From: Emiliania huxleyi CCMP1516
Lineage: Eukaryota
Assembly: GCF_000372725.1 (NCBI RefSeq)
Contig: NW_005201327.1
Coordinates: 139,022-181,292, forward strand
Length of the DNA: 42,271 nucleotides
Reading direction: 5' to 3'
Below, piece after piece: positions 21,548 to 39,808 of this stretch. The notes under the pieces were generated by a model. The model ran no database searches and was not told the origin of the DNA. It saw only the letters and a program-made list of their open reading frames with translations. Made by a program: the position numbers and the translations under genes. Every line of letters starts with the position of its first letter. The stretch's first letter is position 1.

Positions 21548-22501
21548 TCATCTGCGGCCCCCGTTCTGCGTGCACGCACCGCTGCGCCACACCTCACACG
21601 CCGTGCTGGCCTGCGCCAGCGCCTGCTGCGTCCAAGTCGTCCAGTGTGCGTAGCCTTTTTTGCTTAGGTGAAGCCTGTCTCCAGCGTACAGGGAGTTTGG
21701 GTTGCCGAGATCGACGAAGCCTCGGTAGCTATCGACCATAATCAGTGGAGGCCGGGAGCCCAATGCTGCGCTTGCGAGGGAAGCGGCGTGCTGACGGATT
21801 AGTCGGTCGTAGGCGCGATACTTTGCATGAAGAGACGACGTTGATGGCTCCGGCTTTGTGCCAACATATACAACGCGAGCTCCCGCCGCGTTGATCTTCG
21901 AGACGATCGCCCGGAAATCGTCGAATGTCGCCGAGACAGTGCGGCCGTTACCAACGTCATTCTCTCCGCACACGAGGACGACCCATTCTGGGTTGTAGCG
22001 GTCTAGGAAGCCACCAATCTTCTTCCGTAGCTTGCGGCAAGTCCAGCCGCCGACGCCCTCGTTGGCCGAGCCAGGGAAATATTGTCGAGTCTTTTTCCAC
22101 AGCTCGATATCGCTGTCGCCAGCAAACAAGACGCTCGTCGCGCCGCCGGCGCAGCCACCGTTGCTGCAACCAGACCACGCCGCCTTAGCGCAGTAGGTCT
22201 GCACGCCGGCTGGCACACGGCCGCCATTGGGATGGCGGTTGAGCCACGTCCCGGATTGGCAGCCTTGCACGCCATCGCAGTAGTAGCAGCCGCTCGGCCA
22301 AGAGCTCGTCCTCTCCTTCCCACGGTACTTCGACTTCCGGGGCTGCACCTCCTCCCTTGCCGTCTTGCATGCTGCGTTTGTCACAACCTTCAGTCGGTCG
22401 GCTGGACAGGAGCCGCCGTCTACTAGGAGGACGTCATCGGACGCAAGGGCGGCGGCCGCCTGAAGAACAAGAAGAGGCGAGAGCGAGATGCCCAGGCGCA
22501 T
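21548..22501 (-). CDS. Secreted SGNH/GDSL-type hydrolase with Cys-rich N-terminal module
   Basis: Signal peptide MRLGISLSPLLVLQAAAALA, plus SGNH blocks VLFAGDS, GVGG, VVLVCGEND and D.LH...GY. Confidence 0.85.
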   Translation of the reverse strand: MRLGISLSPLLVLQAAAALASDDVLLVDGGSCPADRLKVVTNAACKTAREEVQPRKSKYRGKERTSSWPSGCYYCDGVQGCQSGTWLNRHPNGGRVPAGVQTYCAKAAWSGCSNGGCAGGATSVLFAGDSDIELWKKTRQYFPGSANEGVGGWTCRKLRKKIGGFLDRYNPEWVVLVCGENDVGNGRTVSATFDDFRAIVSKINAAGARVVYVGTKPEPSTSSLHAKYRAYDRLIRQHAASLASAALGSRPPLIMVDSYRGFVDLGNPNSLYAGDRLHLSKKGYAHWTTWTQQALAQASTACEVWRSGACTQNGGRR

Positions 22502-23362
22502 TGTTCGGCGTGATCGGTCGATATGCACGTGCTTGCTTTATCGACGTTTTATCGGGCCGTTCGTAGAGCTCTATCGGATTTGGGCGAGTTTAATAATTCT
22601 TTCTTATCAACTATCTGTGAAGAGGTGGAAAATTCTTTTCCGTTATCTGTGAAGGCCTCCAGGGCTCCACCTCAATCTCATAGACCAGCGCCATAGGACC
22701 TCTTTTCTCATCATAGGCTAGCGCACACAGGGGAGAGCAACGGTGGGGAGAGAGCAGAGAGGAGCCTCTCAGCTCATAGCCCCCCGCCCTGCCCGCGGCC
22801 GTGCCGGGCCCTGTCGGGCGGCCCTGAGTGACTCACAGCTGACAGGGAGATCTGGGCAATGAGTACAGACAGAGGCGCGGCGGAGCGGACATCGACAACG
22901 GCCATTATTCACGTACGCGCCAACCTACCGTACGGCGGGTCAGATATGGCTTTCTTCACAAGACGGGGCGCGGTGGAGTTTCTTGTAAAATTCTTTTTCG
23001 TCTTTTTTCGTCTTTTAGGTTTCAAGCATGCGCTCACCCGGGATCCCGGGCCGCCGGGCGGGACGTGTGGCATCAGCTGACTGAGTGTCCTAGTTTAACT
23101 GTTTCTTTCGCCTCTTTTCTCTCTCTAGATTCCGGCCCCGGTTGGGCCACCCCTCCATCACACCGCTGTGCTATGGCTCCCGCGCGAGCGCCGGTCCGGT
23201 AACTAAGTAAAGCTTGTTTTTACTGATACTGCCCCAACATCGCCCCCCACCGGAGTACCCGCTCACGCGCCGCCGTGCTTGGCGTACTTGCTGCGAAGTC
23301 GGAAGTCTTTCGAGCTCTTCGGAGTGTCGGGGAGCCTCGAGGGCGACCACAGGGTTGGAAAT

Positions 23363-30432
<7,070 letters not shown>

Positions 30433-30475
30433 CGCTTCCCGCCCGCGCGCGGCCGCCGCCGCCCCGCGCGCTCCG

Positions 30476-30670
30476 NNNNNNNNNNNNNNNNNNNNNNNNN
30501 NNNNNNNNNNNNNNNNNNNNNNNNNNNNNNNNNNNNNNNNNNNNNNNNNNNNNNNNNNNNNNNNNNNNNNNNNNNNNNNNNNNNNNNNNNNNNNNNNNNN
30601 NNNNNNNNNNNNNNNNNNNNNNNNNNNNNNNNNNNNNNNNNNNNNNNNNNNNNNNNNNNNNNNNNNNNNN
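30476..30670. other. Assembly gap (N run)
   Basis: 195 N characters. Confidence 1.
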
Positions 30671-31514
30671 GGGGGCGGGTGAGGGGGCGGTCTTTGGTAT
30701 TTGCCGGCCATGCAGCGCTGCCACTCGTCTCATGCTGCCGTGGAGGCCGCGAGAGGGGCAGACCCCCTTCTGCGCGGCGCGGGCGGCGGCGCGGACGGCG
30801 GCGCGGGCGGCGGCGGCGCGGGCGGGGGGCGGAGGAGCGGCGGAGGAGCGGCGGAGGGGCGGCGGAGGGCGGCGGAGGGCGGCTCCGTTCGGGCCACCGC
30901 ATGCGTCTCTCGGCCGCCGTTCTGCTCGCCCTCTCCGCCCCCGTCCGCGTCGCGGGTGCGTGTGGCCGGGGGATTAGACGCCCCACCCGCCCCGCAGCGC
31001 CACCATCCAGCGCCGCACGCCGCACCGCGCACGCGCGTGCCGCCACGGCGCGGAGCTCCGTAGTACGTCTTGTTCCGAGGGGGGGGGGGGGCATGGAGCC
31101 GCAAGCAGCAGGGTATATTCGCGCCACCCGCTGTGACCACGCACATCCCGCCGTAGATATGTCTAATGTCCAGGTGTGTGGGTCTCGCTATCTCGGCAGC
31201 TCGGGTCTCCGCTCTCTGCGGTCCCGGCGCTCGCATGTGTACCATGGGCATTGAAGGAAATGAAACGCGAGACGATAACGCAGTGATTGGGTGCAGCTAC
31301 AGCCTACACGTAAGACAGTACTCAGTGCAGTGTCAGTTTTGCAGCTAAAGACAGTACGCAAGTGCAGCGTGTCAGTTTTATGCAGCTCTCTCCGATTGCC
31401 GCCCCTCCGTTCTCCGCCAGCCCCCTCCGCTGCTCCCGCTCGTCCGCCGGCCGCCGCCGGACACCTCCACTGCCCTCCCACGAGCGGCCGGCCACCCTGC
31501 CTTGCACCCGACCC

Positions 31515-32214
31515 TCAGGCGCCCGTCCGAGGCGTGTACCCGAGCATCGCGTCCAGCCGCTCCCCGGGCGTGCGGCCGTCGACCGGCCGCGGCTTGGGCG
31601 GCGGGCGCGCGCCGCCGCCGCCCGACGCGCGCCCCCCCGCCGCCGCGTTGCCCGACAGCCGGTCGATGAAGTACGAGAACGCGCAAAACGTAAAGACGGA
31701 CGACGGCAGGTCGGCGAGCGACGCGGCGGCGGCGGCGCCCCCGCAGGCGGCGCCCAGCATGGCGCAGGTCGAGTCGTCGGCGCCGCGGGCGAGCTGCCCG
31801 AGCGCGCGCCCGCCCGCGAACCCCGCGCTCACGCGGCCCCACCTCTGCCCGTTGGCGAGCGCCGCCTGGAAGACAAAGCGAGGCACCGCCGTGCGGGCGG
31901 CGCCCGAGACGCCCGAACGCGCCATAGACTCCTGCAGAGCGGTGAAGACGAAGCCGAAGCCGCCGACGGTGGCGAACGAGCCCACCTGAGCGACCGCACG
32001 TGCGTGAGATGGCGAGCCGAGCGGGCAAGTGTGGCTTATTGCGGCAGGTGGCTCATGAGTGAGAGCGGAGGAGTGCGGAGGCCGCCGTTGTCTTGGCGAC
32101 GTCGACTGGGCTCTTCGCGAGCGGCGGCGGAGGAGGAGGCGCAGCCGCAATTACGCGCGCGCCCACAGGAGCGGCAAGTTGCAGGCAGAGCAGCAGCGCG
32201 AGCGAACGCGCCAT
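31515..32214 (-). CDS. Tim17/Tim22/OEP16-like membrane protein with N-terminal signal peptide (2 exons)
   Basis: Exon 1 reads MARSLALLLCLQLAAPVGA.... Exon 2 has Gly-rich helices and the pattern NGQRWGRVSAGFAGGRALGQLARGADDSTCAMLGAACGGA, similar to Tim17-family R.K.D..N...AG...G. Confidence 0.55.
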
Positions 32215-32288
32215 CTGCGGCGGCGACGGTATTTTGTGGCGCGAGCCTCACAAAGGGAGTCTCACACAGGGAGACTTTCTCCTTCTCA

Positions 32289-32687
32289 CTCTCGAGGTTC
32301 TCGAGGTGGATATCCTTTGGCCGCGTTGGGTAGCGAGGATTGGTGTAACCCGAGCCACGGAGGCGTGTTTTCTGACGGCCGACCGTCAGTGCACGGAGTT
32401 GCCCCTTCTCCGACTGCCCCGGCTAGTTCCCGAGTTTCGCGGGAGTGACCCCATGCGTCAAACCCGAGACCTAGCGCGGGTGGGTTGGAGGGGCCTCGGA
32501 AAGGCGCGCAAGCACGCCCTACGTCTTCCCCTCCTCCCCATCGGGCCGCATGAGCGGCCACGCCTCGCAGATTCGTTTTCGCGCCTGGGTCAGGCGCGCG
32601 GGGCATCCCCCGGGTCGCTCGACCAGCGATCCGAAGAGTGGCCGCTATGTGAAGGAAAGAGTGGGGCCCTCGACGCCTCAGTCCGGC
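32289..32687 (+). repeat. Hairpin-rich dispersed element, copy 2
   Basis: Inverted homologue of 171-555, lying between two divergently transcribed genes. Confidence 0.9.
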
Positions 32688-33251
32688 TTCTCACTACTCT
32701 TTTTGCAATACGGAGACGCGACAGAGGAGGAAGTGACAAGGGAGAGAACGACGAGAGTGGGACGGCCGCGAGGTGGCATGAAGGTTGCAGCGAGAATCGG
32801 CGAGAGACTGCGAAAAGAGATAGGAAGAGGCAGACCCCCTAGGGTGGGCGACGGCTAGCGCACCACACTCCTCTCCTTAAAATCCCTGTGTGGTGGCGGC
32901 GTGCCGTCCTCCCATCCCTCCCTTGGGTTGTGTGTTTTCTTTCTTTCTTCGGAGACCGGGCTGCTCGGTCAAAATTTCATCAGCCTCACATCCAGGGCCG
33001 GGGAGCTGAGAAGCGCACCCAGCGGGCCGGATGATCGGGATCGGGTTGCGGGCAAGAGAGCCCTAGCCCTGGGGGGTGCGCGGTCGCAGGGCCATAACAC
33101 GGGTCTCCGAGGGTTAGTACCGCGCTCCGGGTTTCCCCTAGCAGCAGAACGCACCCTCTACTCGGAGCTAGTGGACACGACACTGCTACTGCCACCAAGA
33201 TTTTTTTTGTCGTTTCATTGGCTCTGTTTGGGGCTCGCACCGTCGGCTGCT

Positions 33252-36200
33252 ATGGCCTTCGCCACGCTGTCGTGCCTCCTGCTGGCGCTCTGCGTGCCTG
33301 CCGCCGCTCGGTCTCCGCGCCGTCCGGCCGCCGCTCGCAGCCGCCGCGCCTCGCTGCTCGCCATGCAGACCGCCGGCGCCGGCGGCGAGGCGGACAGCGT
33401 CGCGGCGCGGCTCGAGACGGACGGCGTGCTCTCCGGGCTCACGGCGGAGGAGGCGCGGCTCGTGTGCTGGCTTGCGTCGGAGGAGATGGGCCAGGCCCAC
33501 CTCTTCGCCGGCTGGTCCGCCGCCGCGCCCGACGACAAGCGCCGGCTGCTGCGGCAGGTTGCAGAGATGGACGCTCGCTATCCCGAGGACGCCGCGGGCG
33601 CGCGCGGGCTGGCTGCGTACGTGTCGCACGCGCGCACGCTGCTCGCCGAGTCGGCGGCCGACCTCAACCCCTTCGACGGCTACACCGTCTCCGTGCCGCG
33701 CGACGGCGAGCGCATGGAGGTCGGGACCGCCTCCTTCCGCGCCGACGAGGCGCGCCTAGCCGCCTCTTCCCGCCTAGCCGCCTCTTCCCGCCTAGCCGCC
33801 TCTTCCCGCCTAGCCGCCTCTTCCCGCCTAGCCGCCTCTTCCCGCCTAGCCGCCTCTTCCCGCCTAGCCGCCTCTTCCCGCCTAGCCGCCTCTTCCCGCC
33901 TAGCCGCCTCTTCCCGCCTAGCCGCCTCTTCCCGCCTAGCCGCCTCTTCCCGCCTAGCCGCCTCTTCCCGCCTAGCCGCCTCTTCCCGCCTAGCCGCCTC
34001 TTCCCGCCTAGCCGCCTCTTCCCGCCTAGCCGCCTCTTCCCGCCTAGCCGCCTCTTCCCGCCTAGCCGCCTCTTCCCGCCTAGCCGCCTCTTCCCGCCTA
34101 GCCGCCTCTTCCCGCGGCCGCTCCCTCGTGCACACATGCCCCACTAGCGCACCCCCGCCGCTCCGGCCGCTGCCTTCGCTCCCGCCTAGCCGCCCTAGCG
34201 CGCGTGCGGAGCCGCGCCAGCGCAGAGGGCTCGCCGTTGCGCTGGCGGCAGGGCGCTTCAACACTGAAGCCGCTTTTCTTTTTTAAGGCGCGCGGCGGCG
34301 CGATGCTCAAGGACACGGTCTTCGTGCTCGTTGCGGGCGGGCTGGGAGAGCGGCTCGGCTTCGACGGCATCAAGGTTGCGCTTCCGGCGGAGACCCTCTC
34401 CGGCGCCACCTTTCTGGAGATCTACTGCACCGCGCTGCGGGCGATCGAGGAGCGGGAGGGAGGAGGAGGCGTGAACAGCGTCTCTTCACGCCCACTGCTG
34501 TGATCAGGCGATCGAGGAGCGGGAGGGAGGCCGTAAGGCGCCGCTGGCCGTCGTGACGTCGGACGAGACACGCACGCGCGCGCGCGCGTTGACTGCTGAG
34601 TGATCATGACTGCACCAGGCGCCGCTGGTGATCATGACGTCGGAGGACACGCACGCGCTGACCGAGGAGAGCCGGAGCGCTCCTAGGCCGTCCGCCGGAC
34701 GGCCGCGCGGGATCCGCAGCCGTGAGGCCGTAGGCGCTGCTGCTGGAGCACGGCTACTACGGGTTGCAGCCTTCGCAGGTGCACTTGCTTCGGCAGGCCA
34801 ACGTGCCGGCGCTCGGCAGCAACGCCGCCGCGTTTGTGGCGTCGGAGGAGGACCCGTTCACGCTGCTCACCAAGCCGCACGGCCACGGAGACGTGCACAC
34901 GCTGCTGCACGGCTCCGGCCTGCTGCCCGCCTTCGCCGCGGAGGGCCGGTCCCACGTCGTCTTCTTCCAGGACACAAACGTGCTCGCGTTCAAGGCCATC
35001 CCCGCGGCTCTCGGCGTCTCCGAGCGGCTCGGGCTGGCGATGAACTCGCTCGCGGTGCCGAGGGCGGCGGGCGAGGCGGCGGGCGCGATCTGCCGGCTGC
35101 AGCCGCCGGCGGGGGACGGGTGCGAGATCGCGCGAGATCGGCCGAGAGGGCACGAGATCGGACGAGATCGGGCGAGATCGGACGAGATGACATGAGATGG
35201 CACGAGATCGCCCCGAGATCGAACGAGATCGCACGAGATCGGCCCGAGATCGGCCCGAGATCGGCCCGAGATCGGCCCGAGATCGGCCCGAGATCGGCCC
35301 GAGATCGGCACGAGATCGGCCCGAGATCTGCCCGAGATCTGCCCGAGATCTGCCCGAGATCTGCCCGAGATTTGCGCGAGATCGGCCCGAGATCGGCCCG
35401 AGATTTGCGCGAGACATACCCGCAGGCTCGTGATGAACGTCGAGTACAACCAGCTGGACGCGCTGCTCCGCTCCACCGGTGGCGCGGGCGACGAGGCGGA
35501 CGGGAGCGGCTACTCGCCCTACCCCGGCAACGTAAACACGCTGGTCGTGGCCCTGGGGCCGTACGCGGACGCACTGGCGGCGAGCGGAGGAGCGATGCCC
35601 GAGTTTGTCAACCCAAAGTACGCGGACGCGAGCCGCAGCGTCTTCAAGAAGCCGACGCGGCTCGAGTGCATGATGCAGGAGCTGCTGCATCTCCCCATAT
35701 CTCCCCATATCTCCCCATATCTCCCCATATCTCGAGTGCATGATGCAGGAGCTGCCGAAGCTGCTGCCGGCGCACGCAACGGTCGGCTTCACCCAGTTCG
35801 AGCGCTGGTTCTCCTTTTCGCCGGTCAAGAATGCGATCGGCGACGCGGTCGCGCAGGCGGCAAAGGGCAACTACGCCGCCTCGCCTGGCGCGGGCGAGGC
35901 GGCGGTCTACGAGGCGAACGCGGCGCTGCTGCGGCTGGCGGGCGCAACGGTGGAGGCGGGGGCACCCTCGTCCTTCCTCGGCCTGCGCCTCGGCGTGAGC
36001 CCGCCCATGAAAAGGCGGACATCCTAGGCGGTCGCGTCTTTCTTTGTCTAGGCCTGACCCTCGGCCTGAGCCCGCCCATCTCGCTGAGTCCGCGCTTCGC
36101 CCTCACCACGGACGAGCTGATGCGGCGCGTCAGCGGCGGCGCCGCCGTCCGCATCTCCGCCGCGTCGGCGCTCGAGCTCGACGGCGTCATCTAGCTCGAG

Positions 36201-36801
36201 ATCTAGCTCGAGATCTAGCTCGAGATCTGCTCGAGATCGCTCGAGATCGGCTCGAGATCTCGCCCGAGATTTGCTCGAGATCGAGTCGGAGGGGGGGCCA
36301 CACGCCCCCACCCCACACCTAGGCGACATCGAGCTCTCCTCTCTCGACCTCGACGGCGCGCTCTCCATCCGCGCCTCGCCGGGCGTGTCGGTGGTGGTGC
36401 GCGGGGCGACGGTGCGAACCTCTTAGACGCGGAGCCCGTGTTCTGGCACTGCAACCGTCGCTCGAGAGGACACGCACTCCGCTGTACTCGGCCCGTGTAC
36501 CGCTGGGTGACCCGTATACCGTATACCGTTGGGCTCGCCGCGTTCGGTGGCCCGTGTGCTCACGTTGTGCTGCGCGTACGCGGCGCGAGACCGCCCTCCC
36601 GCCCCTGACCGCGGCGTGGCCATGACGCAGGTGCGGAACGCCGGCTGGTGCTGGGAGTCCGTCGAGCCAGGCGCGGCCGGCATGCCCGCGGGGGTGTCGA
36701 TCCGCGGCTACGCGCTCCGGAAGGAGGGCGGGGTGCAGATCGAACTGCAGGAGCCGGGCAGGTACGAGGTGAGCGGCGGCGGGGTGGTGACGAGGTTGTG
36801 A
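33252..36801 (+). CDS. USP: UDP-sugar pyrophosphorylase (UTP-monosaccharide-1-phosphate uridylyltransferase), 9 introns, signal/transit-like leader
   Basis: Motifs FVLVAGGLGERLG, PLVIMTSEDTH, TKPHGHGDVHTLL, FFQDTN, NSLAVPR.AGEA.G.I, NVEYNQLD.LL, SPYPGNVN, EFVNPKY, FKKPTRLECMMQ and FSPVKN. Introns 33750-34287, 34441-34507, 34538-34618, 34667-34733, 35120-35425, 35679-35748, 35981-36051, 36184-36322 and 36412-36630. Confidence 0.93.
33753..34112. repeat. 20 x 18-bp tandem repeat (CGCCTAGCCGCCTCTTCC) in USP intron 1
   Basis: Perfect array seen directly. Confidence 0.95.
35123..35412. repeat. Intronic 11-bp tandem repeat (CGAGATCGGCC)n
   Basis: Seen directly in USP intron 35120-35425. Confidence 0.9.
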
Positions 36802-37577
36802 GCGGGCCCGGCCCTGGCGAAGGAAGCAAAGGCCCCGCCGGCTTCCCCCAGCCGTCGCTTCCACGAGCCCCCACAGCTCTCTTTGTCAGTCAACTGCATC
36901 TCTGCAGAGAGCGGCGCCCTGCCTGCCCCGCTCTTGCGCCCGCCTTTTTTGAAGACAAGCCATGTCACACTGCCTCTCCGGTCCGGCTCGCACGGTGTCC
37001 GGTGCAGCCTACGGTAGTGCCGCCGCCCTCGCGCGCTCGTGACCGACTGCCCGCCCCTGTCTTAACCCCTAAACGGCTGTGGTTCCCATATATGGGAACT
37101 TCGCCAATTCTGTGAAAGAGAAAGCTGATACCTGTGGTCGCAGCGACGGCCGATCCTGCGACGGTGTATCATTCACTTTATGCCACCGTTGCATATCCGC
37201 AGTTCGACTCGGCGCAAAAAACCCAGACGGGCGTTGTCACTGGTTCGAAACCCACCTTAGCGTTCACCTGCTATCCAGCAGTCGTCTGCGACATGGCAGT
37301 GGCCCCGGGTCATGTGCAGCTGGTCCCGAGCGGCTCAGGTCCCAGATCGAACCTCGGACCCCACAGATTCTAGATGGTGGGCTAGGCCGTTTGCGAAGCC
37401 TTGGATTGCCGACCACTGCTTGAATTCGAGGCTCTCCTCGAGTCCGGCCCCGACGCAGAGAGGCGTCGATGCGCCGTCTAGCCAGAAACATTCCTGATTT
37501 ATGGGCTCTTTGAGAATCGGTCGTGTCATCAGGACTGGAGACTGGGGGACCGCAGCAGACACGCAACCACCTGAGGC

Positions 37578-38090
37578 CTACTTTGCGTCGTAGACCGACT
37601 TCTCCACGTCCATGCCGTCCTCGTACAGCCAATCCTCGAGCGTGGTCAATAGCGCCATGAGAGGCGACTTCTCGTCCTCCGTCGAGAAGACGGAGAGCGA
37701 GGTGCTGAGCTTGTCCCTCATCGAGTAGATCGTCCCCTCGAGCTGGTTCATCGCGTCCGCCTTCTCCTTGATGCGCTTGTCCTCGATCGCCATCTTCCAC
37801 CTCCTCCTGCGCCTCCATCAACTCCTGCGCGCTCATGCCCACCGACTTTGCCTTGCTCACCGTCACCGGGATCCGCTTCACCTTCTTCGACCGCTTCTTC
37901 TACTCGGCCGGCGCCGGCTCCGGCGCCGGCGCCGCCTCCGCCTCCGCGGCCTCCGCCCCCTCCGTCCGCGGGCGCCTCCCCGCCCGCGGGCACCTCCGGC
38001 GCGGGCCAGGCGCGGGCGCGGGCTCGGCGGGCGGCGCCTCCTCGATCACCACCTCTGCTGCCTCCCTGCGGATGCTGCCGGGGAGCCTGG
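37578..38090 (-). pseudogene. Isolated, frameshifted fragment of an Hsp110/HSPA4-type Hsp70 gene (C-terminal helical region)
   Basis: KKKVKRIPV... followed, after a frameshift near 37800, by MAIEDKRIKEKADAMNQLEGTIYSMRDKL...LEDWLYEDGMDVEKSVYDAK, typical of Hsp110. No ATPase-domain exons nearby. Confidence 0.75.
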
Positions 38091-38359
38091 CGGTCTGCTG
38101 CACTGCAAGGAAGCGCTGACTCGGTTTCTCCCCGCAAAATCCTACCCAAGACCCGGAACGCGACTGTGACATACAGAACCAGCGGGATCACCCGAGAGCG
38201 GTCTTGTTCGGGTCAACTAGCTCAGTAAGAAACGGTAAAGTAACAACGCTATAGGAGAGCACAAAAAAGAGCACAAAAAGAATTTTCAAGCCCAGCACAA
38301 AAAGAAATCGCGCGCGCTTCGCTGCTCTCTCGCTGGCCGCCTTCTTTCCCAAGGCGAGC

Positions 38360-39374
38360 ATGTCGCCGCTCGCAGGCCGGGAGCTGCAGGAAGACAGAGA
38401 GATCCCAATCCAGGTCTGGGTCTGCCTGATTCTTATCGTCTTCGTGCTCGTTGCAATGGTCGCCATTGTTGTGATGGCGTGCTGCGTCTACCGAGCCTGC
38501 TCCCGACGCATACGGCTTTGCGAGATCGCGTGCGACGCCAAGCAGTATCCCCATCAGTATCCTGATTCCCAGAAGTATCCCTATCCCAAACCCCAGCAGT
38601 ATTATCAGCAAAGCAGCTACGCCACCGGTCGAGACTACTCGACCCAGCAGTATCCCGGCGAATACCCGACCCAAGAGTACCCCAACGACTCCGGCCCCGC
38701 TGGCGACGACTTCTTTGACTCTACAAAGATGCGGGCGCTCAAGGAGGAGGCGCGGCTCGAATGGTTCAGCTGGGCGGTGGAGGCTGGGGCTAATAGAGGG
38801 GAAGACAGATCTCTGTATTCCGACGAGCACTCGGGAGACGACGTATTCTGCTGCTCTGAATACGCGGCACTCCACGAGACCGTAGTCACTGATGTTGGCG
38901 TATTCACCCCGTCCCGGGTCTGTGTGCCTGCCCCCTCTTGTTTGCGGCTGGCGACCGCGCCCGATATCGATTTTCAACACACCGTAGGCTGGGAATGTCG
39001 ACCTGGCTCGCAGGCTCTACGTGAGCGAGGACGAGCTGCGCCGCGTCGAGGCGATCGAGGCTGCAGCCGCCGGGCCCGAGGCCGGGCAGGAGGAGTCGCG
39101 TCTGCCGGCACCCGACCATTCCGAGCCGGGGCCTCGTTCCGTCGCGTCAGACACGGACGTCTCGCCGATGCCGCCGGCGTCCGGCGCCCTCGAGCGGGCA
39201 CTCGCCCACAACTCGCAGGTCGCTTGGCTCACCACGCAGGAGGAGTCGCAGGCGGCGCATTCGGCGCCGCCGCCGGGGCCCTCGACACAGGCACTGTCTT
39301 CGGCCCTCGAGGAGTTCTCCTCGAATCTGCGCGGCGAGCACAAGGATGCCGGGGCGCCCGTGTCCCGCGTGTGA
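38360..39374 (+). CDS. Single-pass membrane protein with Tyr/Pro/Gln-rich tail (intron 38783-38987)
   Basis: Hydrophobic VWVCLILIVFVLVAMVAIVVMACCVY, then QYP repeats. GC-AG splicing joins in frame to ORF 39021-39374. Confidence 0.6.
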
Positions 39375-39574
39375 CGGGATCACTCATGACTCAAACGCAA
39401 AAGGGCATGCGGGCATGGGGCATGGGGGTCTCCTTCGAGCAGTGACACCAGCCGTGTGACCCGTGACGACGCGCGTGCGAGAGGCAGACTTGTTTGCGAG
39501 AGGTGTGCCATGGTTGCGAAACACAATGAAAGCGATCCGAGGGGTGAGATTTTATATCGCGCCTGAGGCCTGTG

Positions 39575-39648
39575 TAAGGTAAGGTAAGGTAAGGTAAACT
39601 TCTCCACACACACGAGGTGGTGGGGCAAGGGGGGGCAACCCTCGCGTC
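39575..39648 (-). mobile_element. Probable 3' end of a non-LTR retroelement/SINE with (ACCTT)n tail; related copy at 11840-11906
   Basis: Minus strand ...GAGGGTTGCCCCCCC...TGTGTGGAGAAGTTTACCTTACCTTACCTTA resembles ...GAGGGTCGCCCCCCC...CGTGTGGAGAAGCTTACCTGACCTT. Confidence 0.5.
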
Positions 39649-39712
39649 TCCACGTCTAACGACAGGAGCCCCACGGCATTTAAAGTGCAAGGCCCGGTGC
39701 GCGTGGGTGAGC

Positions 39713-39714
<2 letters not shown>

Positions 39715-39807
<93 letters not shown>
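39715..39807. repeat. (TG)n microsatellite
   Basis: Seen directly. Confidence 0.95.

Positions 39808-39808
<1 letters not shown>

Noticed and set aside
32312..32360. SRP (7SL) RNA, from GCCG...GTAGCGAG...TGTAACCCGAGC resembling plant Alu-domain sequence
   Set aside because: The helices flanking the TGTAA motif do not pair, and I found no helix-8 SRP54-binding motif.
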